NCBI RefSeq assembly: GCF_902713615.1
Contig: NC_052152.1
Span: 35,315,810-35,379,809 of the forward strand
Length of the DNA stretch: 64,000 bases
Direction: 5' to 3'
DNA from: Scyliorhinus canicula
Lineage: Eukaryota
In this document: positions 12,460-23,443 of the stretch, in pieces
How positions within the stretch are numbered: position 1 is the first letter of the stretch
Layout: each line of letters opens with the position of its first letter
Translations under genes and position numbers: made by a program
The notes under the pieces: model-generated
Seen by the model: the letters and a program-made list of their open reading frames with translations, nothing else
Told to the model about the DNA's origin: nothing
Databases searched by the model: none

Positions 12460-12790
12460 TTTTTATCGGATGTGGGCTTCGCTGGCTAGGCCAGTATTTG
12501 TTGCCCATCCTTAACTGCCCTTGAGAAGGTGGTGCTGAGCTGCATTCTTGAACTTCTTGCAGTCCATGTGGTGTAGGTGCACCTACTGTGCTATTAGGGA
12601 GGGAGTTCCAGGATTTTAAACCCACCGATAGTGAAGGAACAGTGATATATTTCCAAATCAGGATGGTGAGTGTGTTGGAGGGAGACTTCCAAGAGGTGGT
12701 GTCTGCTGCCCTTGTCCTTTTGGATGTTATTGGTCATAGATTTGAAAGTTGCTGCATAAGGAACCTTTGTGAGTTCCTTGGTGGGTGCTA
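12460..12790 (-). mobile_element. 3' end of a CR1-group LINE
   Basis: Minus strand CACCACCTTCTCAAGGGCAGTTAAGGATGGGCAACAAATACTGGCC...CCCACATCC; related sequence at 50230-50285 and 53460-53500. Confidence 0.65.
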
Positions 12791-14172
12791 ATAAACAAGT
12801 GTTAAGCAGGTACCAGGGTATGTCTACAGTCGGTCTACTGGCCAAGTCCCATGCTGAGAGTCCAAGATAGAAGGACCATGTCAGAACATGGTGGCAACTG
12901 TGGAGACCTTAATGGACACAGAGTGGAGAACACCTTGATAGCAGCTCACGACAAATCAGCAGGTGGAGGAAGCACACTGGAGAGAGGTAGTGATGACCAT
13001 ATCGGCTGAGCAACCTGCCCTTGCTCCACTCGTTTGACTGCCTCGAGGACCTACAGAGAGGCCAGCAATGGAAGATATGGAGATGCCATTTTCTACAGTA
13101 TTGAACAGCATCATGACAAAGAGCAACATGTTCAAGTCAGTTCCTTTCTTTATGCAGTGGGCCCAGTAGCAGACAAGGCTTTATTAAGGCAGGGCGTGCA
13201 AGGGATAACTTCAGTCTTTGAAATATTCTTAAAACCAACTTGATAATCGAACAAGCACGTTTTAACCAGCAGCCGTAATGACCTGGGAATTGATTGATTT
13301 ATTTCTAACTGACCTATATTGTCTAGCTAGTTCTTGCTGAAGGGTGAGCTATCTGTTGGCTGTCTAGGAAGAAAAACGCTCTGACCTTTCTGCTGACCAA
13401 ACATGATCTCACTTTGGATCAAGCAGTCCGGTTTACAAGGCAGGCTGAGCTTCTGAAAATTTAAACCAGTCTATAATTCGACCAACTCCGAGGTTTCACA
13501 TTACTCCACAGGCAGCGGCCCAACCACATGAAAGCCTGCTAAATTAGGCAAAGGGACAGGAAACTCAAAGACGACAACCGTTTGAGATGTCTGCGTTGTG
13601 GCATGGAAAACCCAGCATTGATGCCAGAACTGCCCAGCATACTGGTCCAGTATGGCAAAATTGGACATTTCAAGCATTTCGGCAAATCAAGCAATTTTAA
13701 TCAAGGTGGAAGGCAAGTTTTATATTCGACAAGAAGTGGAAGATCAAGATAAAGGCTACATTACAGAGTTCCGAGGGGAAGTTGATAGTCCTAATCCAGA
13801 TTATTGGTGTTACAGTGCAAATTCAGGCTTGGATACCACCTTTAAAATTGATGCTGGAGCTGCTGTGAATATGTTAGCAGATGATCTCACTGCAACCTCA
13901 AATCCTTCATTCATTAGACACCAAATTACAAGGTCCACATGGCATAGACCTTCCAATTAAACGCAGGATTGGGGCAGCACAGTGGCGCAGTGGTTAGCAT
14001 TGCTGCCTTATGGTGCCGAGGGTCCGAGGTTCGATCCCGGCTCTGGGTCACTGTCTGTGTGGAGTTTGTACATTCTCCCCGTGTTTGAGTGTGTTCGTCT
14101 CCACAGCCAAAGATGTGCAGTCTAGGTGGATTGGCCACGCTAAATTGGCCCCTTAATTGGAAAAAATGAATT

Positions 14173-14458
14173 AGAACATAGAACATAGAACGTACAGCAC
14201 AGAAAAGGCCCTTCGGCCCTCAATGTTGTGCCGAGCCATGATCACCCTACTCAACCCACGTATCCACCCTATACCCGTAACCCAACAACCCCCCCCTTAA
14301 CCTTACATTTATTAGGACACTACGGGCAAATTTAGCATGGCCAATCCACCTAACCCGCACATCTTTGGACTGTGGGAGGAAACCGGAGCACCCGGAGAAA
14401 ACCCACGCACACAGCGGGAGGACGTGCAGACTCCACACAGACAGTGACCCAGCTGGGA
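14173..14458 (-). mobile_element. 5'-truncated HE1-like SINE (left arm of composite)
   Basis: (AGAACAT)n tail, CR1-type 3' region and V-domain. Confidence 0.9.
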
Positions 14459-15707
14459 GTTACTGTCAGTGGGTTATCGCTGGTTACTGAGCTGGGAGTT
14501 ACTGTCAGTGGGTTATCGCTGGTTACTGAGCTGTGTTACTGTCAGTGGGTTATTGCTGGTTACTGAGCTGGGAGTTACTGTCAGTGGGGTTATCGCTGGT
14601 TACTGAGCTGGGAGTTACTGTCAGTGGGTTATCACTGGTTACTGAGCTGGGAGTTACTGTCAGTGGGTTATTGCTGGTTACTGAGCTGTGTTACTGTCAG
14701 TGGGTTATCACTGGTTACTGAGCTGGGAGTTACTGTCAGTGGGTTATCACTGGTTACTGAGCTGTGTTACTGTCAGTGGGTTATCGCTGGGTACTGAGCT
14801 GGGAGTTACTGTCAGTGGGTTATCGCTGGTTACTGAGCTGGGAGTTACTGTCAGTGGGTTATCGCTGGTTACTGAGCTGTGTTACTGTCAGTGGGTTATC
14901 GCTGGGTACTGAGCTGTGTTACTGTCAGTGGGTTATCGCTGGTTACTGAGCTGGGAGTTACTGTCAGTGGGTTATCGCTGGTTACTGAGCTGTGTTACTG
15001 TCAGTGGGTTATCACTGGTTACTGAGCTGGGAGTTATGTTCAGTGGGTTATTGCTGGTTACTGAGCTGCGAGTTACTGTCAGTGGGTTATCGCTGGTTAC
15101 TGAGCTGTGTTACTATTAGTGGGTTATCACTGGTTACTGAGCTGGACGTTGCTGTCAGTGGGTTATCTCTGGTTACTGAGCTGGGAGTTACTGTCAGTGG
15201 GTTATCGCTGGTTACTGAGCTGGGAGTTACTGTCAGTGGGTTATCGCTGGTTGCTGAGTTGGGAGTTACTGTCAGTGGGTTATTGCTGGTTACTGAGCTG
15301 TGTTTCTGTCAGTTGGTTATCTCTGGTTACTGAGCTGGGAGTTACTGTCAGTGGCTTATCGCTGGTTACTGAGTTGTGAGTTACTGTCAGTGGGTTATCT
15401 CTGGTTACTGAGCTGTGTTACTGTCAGTGGGTTATCTCTGGTTACTGAGCTGGGAGTTACTGTCAGTGGGTTATCTCTGGTTACTGAGCTGGGAGTTACT
15501 GTCAGTGGGTTATCTCTGGTTACTGAGCTGGGAGTTACTGTCAGTGGGTTATCACTGGTTACTGAGCTGGGAGTTACTGTCAGTGGGTTATCGCTGGTTA
15601 CTGAGCTGGGTGTTACTGTCAGTGGGTTATCGCTGGTTACTGAGCTGGGAGTTACTGTCAGTGGGTTATCTCTGGTTACTGAGCTGGGAGTTACTGTCAG
15701 TGCGTTA
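14451..15707. repeat. 39-bp minisatellite with 37-bp variant units, about 32 copies
   Basis: Unit CTGGGAGTTACTGTCAGTGGGTTATCGCTGGTTACTGAG repeated head-to-tail; variant CTGTGTTACT replaces CTGGGAGTTACT. Confidence 0.97.
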
Positions 15708-15708
15708 C

Positions 15709-15966
15709 AGAACATAGAACATAGAACAGTACAGCACAGAACAGGCCCTTCAGCCCTCAATGTTGTGCCGAGCCATGATCACCCTACTCAAACCCACGTA
15801 TCCACCCTATACCCGTAACCCAACAACCCCCCCCCCTTAACCTTACATTTATTAGGACACTACGGGCAATTTAGCATGGCCAATCCACCTAACCCGCACA
15901 CCTTTGGACTGTGGGAGGAAACCGGAGCACCCGGAGAAAACCCACGCACACAGCGGGAGGACGTGC
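15709..15966 (-). mobile_element. 5'-truncated HE1-like SINE (right arm of composite)
   Basis: Near-identical direct repeat of 14173-14428. Confidence 0.9.
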
Positions 15967-16521
15967 AATTGGGTCCTCTAAATTTATTTTTAAAAATTAA
16001 AGGCAGGATTATTGCTGCTCTTACTACACAATGCGACAAATCATCCATTCTGACTACACGATCAAAGTGAATCCTTCTTGAGTGGCATCCTTACTGAGTG
16101 GCAATGTTGACATACTTCTAGGAATCCTACTACAAACAGATGATACCCACCATTTGAATGACTCATTGTCTTTCATGCAACCATCTTCAATCTTTAATTT
16201 ATAAGCAGTGGAAATTCAGCCTTCAGAAACTGAGGAGGTTTATACCAATCAGAAGTCAGTTCCTTTCTTTCACAGATACGCCATCCACTGGGCCTGACAT
16301 AGTGATTGGAGTTACAAATCTCTTGGTTCTTCAAGGAGCAAGGCCAAAGGTGGCAGAAGGTACTACAGTAGAATTGGCTCTGCCAAGAAGATAGTGATGA
16401 GGAAAAATCCCTTGTAGCAGTGAGTGATCTCTTGGAGATTGAGTTCCTGGAAGTTGATAGACACACTGTGAAATCTCTGTGCTCTTTTTAGAGGATTGGT
16501 GTTTTTAGCCAATGAGTAGCT

Positions 16522-16966
16522 TTCAGGGGGTTTCTTCTCCGCGCCGGCCATGGCGGAGCCCTACAGAGGCCGGTGCGGAGGGAAAAAGAGTGCCCCCACG
16601 GCACAGGCCCGCCCGCAGATCGTTGGGCCCCGATTGCGTGCCAGGCCACCATGCCCCCCCCCCCCCCCCCCCCCCGGGGGCCGGATCCCCCCGCGACCCC
16701 CTGAGGACTCCGGTAGACGCCCGACAAGCCAGGTCCCACCGTGATGGACCATGTCCATTTCACGCCGGCGGGACTGGCCGAAAACGGATGGCCGCTCAGC
16801 CCATTGGGGCCCGGAGAATTGCCGGAGGGGGGGTGCTGCCAACGACCCCCGACCGGCACGGTGTGATCCCCGCTGGCACCGGAGAATTCGGCAGCTGGCG
16901 GCGGGGCGGGATTCACGTCGCCCCTGGCGATTCTCCGACCCGGCGGGGGGTCAGAGAATCCCACCT
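16522..16966. mobile_element. Harbinger-type MITE, one end missing
   Basis: Right TIR AGAGAATCCCACCT; similar to the 3681-4334 element in inverted orientation. Confidence 0.7.
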
Positions 16967-17453
16967 TTTAATTTTAAACTGTGCATCCTAGCTCTAGATT
17001 CCCCCACAAGAGAAAACCTCTTCTCAACATCCACCCTGTCAAGCCCCCTCAGAGTCTTTCATGTTTCAATAAGTTCACGAGGCCCCTTGTACTGCCTAAC
17101 TTTTAAGGGCAGATCATGCATGAGTAATTTAACCACAGTTATGAGGAAAATATTGTGTACATAAGTTAGATATATGAATTATCAGAAAACATTTGATAAA
17201 GCTCTTCATAATGGCCGTGATCCAATGAGTAGCTCGCGGCGTGGCCGTAGAAAGCTGGGAAACCCCGCTCCCGGGATCTACTCGGCTCACAACGCCTCGT
17301 GAGATTCAACGCAGTTTTAGCAAATCTGCATATTAGAGCGAGGCAGCTAGTCTCTCTCTAATGTGTAGATTCCCGAGGTATCTGAGGCTTTGAGATTCCA
17401 CCCCTTCACCTCAGAGACCTCGGGCAAGCACCGTTTGGTACTGGTAATGTGAA

Positions 17454-18115
17454 CGCTGCCCTTGGAGTGGCTGTGGGGGAAATGAGATGGTCACCCACCT
17501 CCTTGTGGAATGTGCCTTCGCAAACAAAGTCTGGAGAGAGATGCGGTGGTATTTGTCAAGGTTCATCCTGAACAGCTCTGTGACACAGGACTCAGTGCTA
17601 TACGGCCTGTTTCCAGGGACACACACCGAGACAAACATCAACTGCTGCTGGAAGGTCATCAGCTCGGTGAAAGACGCTCTTTGGTCTGCCCGAAACTTGC
17701 TGATCTTCCAGTGCAAAGAATTGTCCTCGACCGAGTGTTGCAGACTGGCACATTCCAAGATCCAGGACTACGTGCTGAGGATCGTACTCAAGCTTGGGGC
17801 AGCTGCCACCAAGGCGCAATGGGGAAAGACCACTGGTAAGGTCTTCCAACAAATGTACACCGAGGGGTGGGTAACCATGTAAAACCCCTTGGTCTGGCTC
17901 ATTAACACTCCAATGTATAAAAGAAATATGATAATGTAAATATTTAAGAAAGAATTGTAACGTAAAGAGGGATATGTGTGTAATGTCATCCCAATTGAAT
18001 GGAAGAAAGTGAAGGGAATGTGTAACTTTGATGGAAATGTACAGTCAAGACAATTTGAAATGTTCTGTAATGTTTATTATAGATTTTATGAATAAAGTAG
18101 ATTTTTTGAAAAAAA
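17454..18115 (+). mobile_element. 5'-truncated Tx1/L1-type LINE (zinc-knuckle C-terminus plus 3'UTR)
   Basis: ORF 17487-17882 (THLLVECAFANKVW...KDALWSARN); AATAAA at 18091 and A-tail; 8-bp TSD AATGTGAA at 17446-17453 and 18116-18123. Confidence 0.8.
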
Positions 18116-18123
18116 AATGTGAA

Positions 18124-18575
18124 TGGTTCCAGGGACCAGGAACTTTAGTTACACATGTAAGTTAGAAACACTGGAACTACTCTCCTTGGAGAAGAGAATG
18201 TTGAGATGAGATTTGCTAGAAGTCTTCAAAATGCTGAGGGGTCTGTACAGAGCAGATAGGGACAAACTGTTCACATTGGTGGAAGGATCTAGGATGAGAG
18301 GGCACTGATTTAATGTAATTGTCCGAAGAAGCAGTGGTGACATGAGAAAAAATAATTATGCAGCAAGTAGTTAGGATCTGGAATGCGCTGCCTGAGAATG
18401 TGGCGCAGGGAGGTTCAATCGAGGCGTTCAACAGGAATTGGGATCATTATCTGAAAAGAAAAATTGTGCAGGCCTATGGAGAAAAGGCGAGTAATGGCAT
18501 TACCTGAATTGTTCCTACAGACGGCCAACACAGAAGCCACAGGCTGAATGGCCACTTTCTGTGCTGTGACAATGC
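18124..18575 (+). mobile_element. CR1/HER1 LINE 3' fragment
   Basis: Degenerate LELLSLEKRMLR.DLLEVFKML, RIWNALP and CR1-type 3'UTR. Confidence 0.8.
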
Positions 18576-19961
18576 TATAATGTCTAGTTAAGCAATAGCA
18601 TAACCCAGGGGTTTATCAGTGGAGCCTCCTTCCACCCCCACCAACTCCACTTTGTGATCTGAAGTGGATAATGTGTCTTTTGTACACACCTTCATGTGCA
18701 CTCCTCCAATGTTTATGAAAGTAGATTGAAAAACATTTGGTGGGCCAAGGGCAGACCAATGTCTTCGTATCCCTTAGCAATCCTTGCTATTGATCAGGCG
18801 CTTTACCCCAATTTCATGCTCTGCTGTTTGCTTCATGCCATTTGATTCTGTGTAACAGTCACATGAAAGTAATGTTCTAATTTTCCAGACTGCTGACAGC
18901 AACGAGAAAGAAGATTGTACTCTGCCACACAGCAACAAGAAAAGGTACTGCATACATGAATTGACCATATTTAATTGGGGAATAATTTCCAATTTTGCCG
19001 TATTTTTAGAAACTGTTTGAACATGCAGACTCAATACTGGGATTTTGTGCCAATATGTACAAGTTAATTCCAAAAATAGCACTGAAATGTGGAACATGCA
19101 GTATCTCAGGGAAATGTAGCCAGTTTACAATCTCAAGTAGGAAAAGATTATTTGTGGCCCTTGACAACTGTTGGTGGGAAAATAGTCTAATTATTTATGC
19201 TCATGTTTATATATTTTTTAATTTCCATCAGTTGGGTAACATGATATGCTTTTAATGTTTGTAGTCCCTTTTAGCACATTAGATTTTCTGCTTTTGGGAA
19301 GACTACAAAAAAGTTTATTGGAGAGAGTGCATGAATGAAAGATGCGTGAATGAAAGTTGGATCGTATAGCACTAAATTCTTGTTTGCCGAAACACATTAA
19401 ACCCTTTCTTGCTGACAAAGTTTCATTTTTCATAGGTTTTTGCTTTGTAGTTTGGTTTCCCTTGACCAACTGATTCAATCGTATTTATCAGCGAAACAAT
19501 AGGACATAGAAAATGAAGTGCTTGAATTTATATTGTACCGTATCATGTTTCCAGTGCCTCAAAGTACACAAAGAATTACAATAAAAAAATAAAAAAAAAT
19601 TCCTACAGATTTCAACTACATGCTGGCCGATTTTCAGTCTGCGACCACTGTCAGAGAGAATGGCGATGGGGGCGGAACATCCAGAGAGAATCAGGTTTCC
19701 TGATTTTCCTTGCCGATGATGTCACAAAGTTCATACCCACAAGGGGTGGAAACCTCATTTAATTGGATTCTAATAAATTTTAATATTATTAACGGGCCTC
19801 CCCAACATGTGATCCCCCCCCTTCATAAATATTCCCACCTTTCCAGCGTGACATCACGTCGGCGAGACTTAGAACAGTTTTTTAATTACGGGATTCAGTC
19901 GTGGGGATCCCTCTGGGGTGGGGGGGCAAAAGTAAGTATAGCCCTGGGGCGAGGAGGACAT

Positions 19962-20470
19962 AGATAAATGTGAAGTGATTCATTTCGGAAGGTCGAATTT
20001 GAATGCTGAATACAGGGTTAAAGGCAGGATTCTTGGAAGTGTGGAGGAACAGAGGGATCTTGGGGTTCACGTACATTGATCCCTCAAAGTTGCCACTCAG
20101 GTTGATAGGGTTGTTAAGACGGCGTATGGTGTGTTGGCTTTCATTAACAGGGGGGTTGAGTTTAAAAGCCGCGAGGTATTGCTGCAGCTTTATAAAACCC
20201 TAGTTACACCACACTTCGAATATTGTGCCCAGGTCTGGTCACCTCATTATGGAAGGATGTGGATGCTTTGGAGAGTTTGCAGAGGAAATTTACAAGGATG
20301 CTGCCTGAACTGGAGGGCATGTCTTATGAAGAAAGGTTGAGGGAACTAGGGCTTTTCTCACTGGAGCGATTAAGGAAGAGAGGTGATAAGAGGCATGGAT
20401 CGAGTGGATAACCAGAGGCTTTTCCCCCAGGGCGGAAATGGCTGTCACGAGGGGACATAATTTTAAGGTG
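19962..20470 (+). mobile_element. CR1 LINE fragment within a GC-rich MITE-like remnant (~19620-20780)
   Basis: ORFs LAFINRGVEFKSREVLLQLYKTLVTPHFEYCAQVWSP and LESLQRKFTRMLPELEGMSYEERLRELGLFSLE. Confidence 0.85.
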
Positions 20471-20865
20471 AGTTGTCAGTGAGGAGGGATCTGCAGGCAC
20501 AGGAGGGAATGGCCAATGAGGGGGAGGAATGCCGGTGATGCTTTTGTGATGGAGGGGGGTAAAACTTCAGTTCTGATCGGCGAGCCATCTTTAAAGATGG
20601 TGTTCCGATCTCTGTGGATCTGGCTGCCGGCACTATCTGGCTGCGCCCCACCAGAGTGACGATGTAACCCATATCCACTCATTATTTTTCTTTAAAGGGG
20701 CTCAAGATCTGGAGTGAAGACTGGTCTGTGCAGCTGGAGAGCTACACGTCAGTTTTCAGTCTGAGCCAGACACATTGAAAAAATACGGTAAGGTTCCGCC
20801 TGTAATTGTTGCATAAGAGAGTATTATAGTGCAGAAAAAGAATGTATAATTTTCTTTTTTTTATA

Positions 20866-21190
20866 TTTTATAAATTTAGAGTACCCAATTCATTTTTTCC
20901 AATTAAGGGGCAATTTAGCATGGCCTATCTACATACCCTGCCCATCTTTTTGTTTAGTAAGAAGTCTTACAACACCAGGTTAAAGTCCAACATGTTTGTT
21001 TCAAACACTAGCTTTCGGAGCACTGCTCCTTCCTCAGGTGAACATCATCTTTTTGTTGTGAGGGCGAAACCCACGCAAACACGGGGAGAATGTGCAAACT
21101 CCAGACAGACAGTGACTCAGGGCCGGGATCGAACCTAGGACCTCGGCGCCGTGAGGTAGCAGTACTAACCACTGTGCCACTGAGCTGCCC
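20866..21190 (-). mobile_element. V-SINE, A-tailed subfamily, interrupted by a 91-bp PLE fragment
   Basis: SINE sequence is continuous on both sides of 20955-21045. Confidence 0.85.
20955..21045 (-). mobile_element. PLE terminal mini-insertion containing a hammerhead motif (21006-21040)
   Basis: Near-identical to 4710-4798; perfect 12-bp TSD CATCTTTTTGTT at 20943-20954 and 21046-21057; CAC-CTGAGGA-A-GGAGCAGTGCTCC-GAAA-GCTA-GTG. Confidence 0.85.
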
Positions 21191-21558
21191 CTTATGTTCA
21201 ATTTTCTTAGCAAAAAGTTGCTTCCTTTCGGATGAAAGGACCATATATTTTATTTTCCAAAACAAACACCTCGCATTTTCCTGAGGTGGCTCAGCATGCT
21301 CAGTTCAACAGGAAACCAGTCCATAAAGCCCATCCTCCGTTCAAATCCCATGTCAATTAGCTGATATCACCCAAACTGATTGTAATGAGATTTAACAGTA
21401 AATTAAGCATTTGAATTGGACGGTTCACTTTCGCAAAAAAACATTTTTGATTATTTTAGGAATGAATTAAAGGCTGTGAGTAATCACGTAGAGTTGAATG
21501 GTTTTCAGCCAATATAATTTACAATTATATAACATTTGTTACATTTGGAATTTCTGAG

Positions 21559-21578
21559 TACTACCTGGCAGGGGAGAT
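21559..21578 (+). pseudogene. possible 3'-truncated U1 snRNA fragment
   Basis: TAC-TACCTGGCAGGGGAGAT versus U1 5' end ATACTTACCTGGCAGGGGAGAT (17-nt exact match); nothing further matches. Confidence 0.35.
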
Positions 21579-23443
21579 TGTGCTGTAATTTAATGTTAAA
21601 AATGTTTTCGAGTGAAATGCAATTCTCAAAGGGTTAAATCAGTAGAACTGTGGACATGCTGTTCAGGATTCAAACAAAGTGTCTGAACCAGAACTGGTTT
21701 AGAGATTCTACTAAATATTTGTAGCTTTTTTCTTTAATTTGCTGACGGCGGGGTGTACTGTTTATATTTGTGTAGGCATGAGAAGTTGCTGATACTTAGA
21801 GGAGGGGGAGGGGGGGGGGGGGGGGGCTGGGGAGTTGATTCTGTTGACAGATTTATGGGCGAATCTCGAAACATGGAAGGAGTATGTGATCCCATCCTTC
21901 CATTTCTTGTAATTGCTCAGGGAAAAGGGGAGAAAGAGGAAAACGGTCAGTTAGTTAGATAGATCTCGGGAGGATGTTGGCCTAGTGAAGGAAGGTGTGT
22001 TCATTCCAAGCCCATAGCTGTTTAGCATCAAAATGTGGCCCTGCAAAAATTAAGTGAGCTTACTAACAGGTAATGGGACTATTATTTTCCTTGTAATCTT
22101 AGGAAGGTCTGTAGTTTGTTGAATCAAGATAAAACTTAATTACATCTATTACTACACGTTCACTTGTTACTTATAAAACAGGTAGCTTCACAATTCCTGC
22201 CCAGTCTCATCTCGCTAAACTCTTTCAGTCAGATTTAAGTTGTGTAGCTGAACACCCAGAGCGAATCCTTCCACAAGAAGGTAGAGTCAATACTGTAAGA
22301 AGAGAGGGAAGCCTGTAGAAGGTTGCACTGAGTAAAATTGTGGAAGGATGAAAATGATAAATTTGAACTGTGGGGTTAGGGCACTGCAACGTAAAACTGT
22401 ATATGGTTACAGTTATTCATAGTTAACCATATACAACGTATATGGTTATTCTGTTTATTTCTATCACACGTGAAAGAGAATGCGCCTTTTTTCACTGTCA
22501 TCCTGCTTTAGTGTTACAGTATTTTAATTTGAACAATGAAATGCTCCTGTGGCGTGCATACACGGAAAATGCAGGACAATATTGTGTTGCTTTTTAAAAA
22601 AGAAAATCAGTTTTCTGAAAATTACAGGCAACTCATTTGCAGCATTTAAGTTCTCAAAAGTAAATGTTTCAACAATAAACAGGAAAATGCAACGTTAGTT
22701 CATAAATCAAATCCAAAGATTGTCAAACCAGTGTGCCTTCACAATCTTTCACAGAGCAGCTCTGTCATCCTGCAGACTTGAAGAGTTTTTGTCTGGTGCG
22801 CAGTTGCATGCAGAAGGTACAAGCATTTCTGGAGCATGACTCATTGACTGCAGCCTGTTGGAGGCCTCCCTTACTGGGAGTGACCTTCATTTGGAATGGG
22901 TGGGAGAGAGTACTTGGAAGTAAACTCGATATATTTCTTTGTGAGAAATATTGAACCTAGTTTGAACAATTCCCACAGCAACACAGAACGCGTGACTTTG
23001 GGTTCAAGAACAGAAAAAATGGTGTCTAGGGTACAATTCTTGTTTGTAATGATGTCTGGAGACTGCTGATTTTTAAAATATGTTTGTTGTTGCCAATAAT
23101 TGACTCTCAAGGGAACTGCACAGTTCCACTAGTCCAAGAGGGAGGAAAAGAAACAGATCTGCCCATTTTACTAACTCCACCTATTTAAGAATTGCGAAAT
23201 AAAAACGGCGTTGGAAAATCCATGGACCCAATATCCTGGTGTAAGTGCTAGAATGCACCTGACATTGACCCCAACAAAGAATGCAAGGTCAGCAAGAGGA
23301 AACAGAACTGTAATATATGGAATGGGCTTCCAGTGGATACACTAATACAGACTTTGAAGTGCCTTTACATATTCCTTCAAATATAATGTTGTCAGTCACT
23401 CTGTAAGTGGTCCATAATGTGTTATGGTACTGTCTAATTATAT

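Larger units (their letters stand above)
13971..15994 (+). mobile_element. V-SINE, A-tailed subfamily, split by the 14173-15966 insertion
   Basis: Body 13971-14172 resumes as AATTGGGTCCTCTAAATTT at 15967; 16-bp TSD AATTAAA(C/G)GCAGGATT at 13955-13970 and 15995-16010. Confidence 0.9.
12800..16520 (+). mobile_element. decayed Ty3/Gypsy LTR retrotransposon (gag-protease), interrupted by SINEs
   Basis: CA|TGGTGGCAACTGTGG PBS-like junction at ~12888; gag-like QVSSFLYAVG (ORF 13034-13243); Cys-knuckle remnant ~13590-13640; aspartic protease-like FKIDAGAAVNM (ORF 13652-13960). Confidence 0.7.

Noticed and set aside
14451-15707. CRISPR-like array
   Set aside because: Units are contiguous with no unique spacers, there are no cas genes, and the context is vertebrate; it is a minisatellite.
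14372-15818. Overlapping repetitive ORFs as real genes
   Set aside because: They are by-products of the 39-bp period, are broken by 37-bp units, and have no splice or start context.
22755-22816. Possible exon (CACAG...AAG|GTACAA)
   Set aside because: Weak donor and no recognisable peptide.
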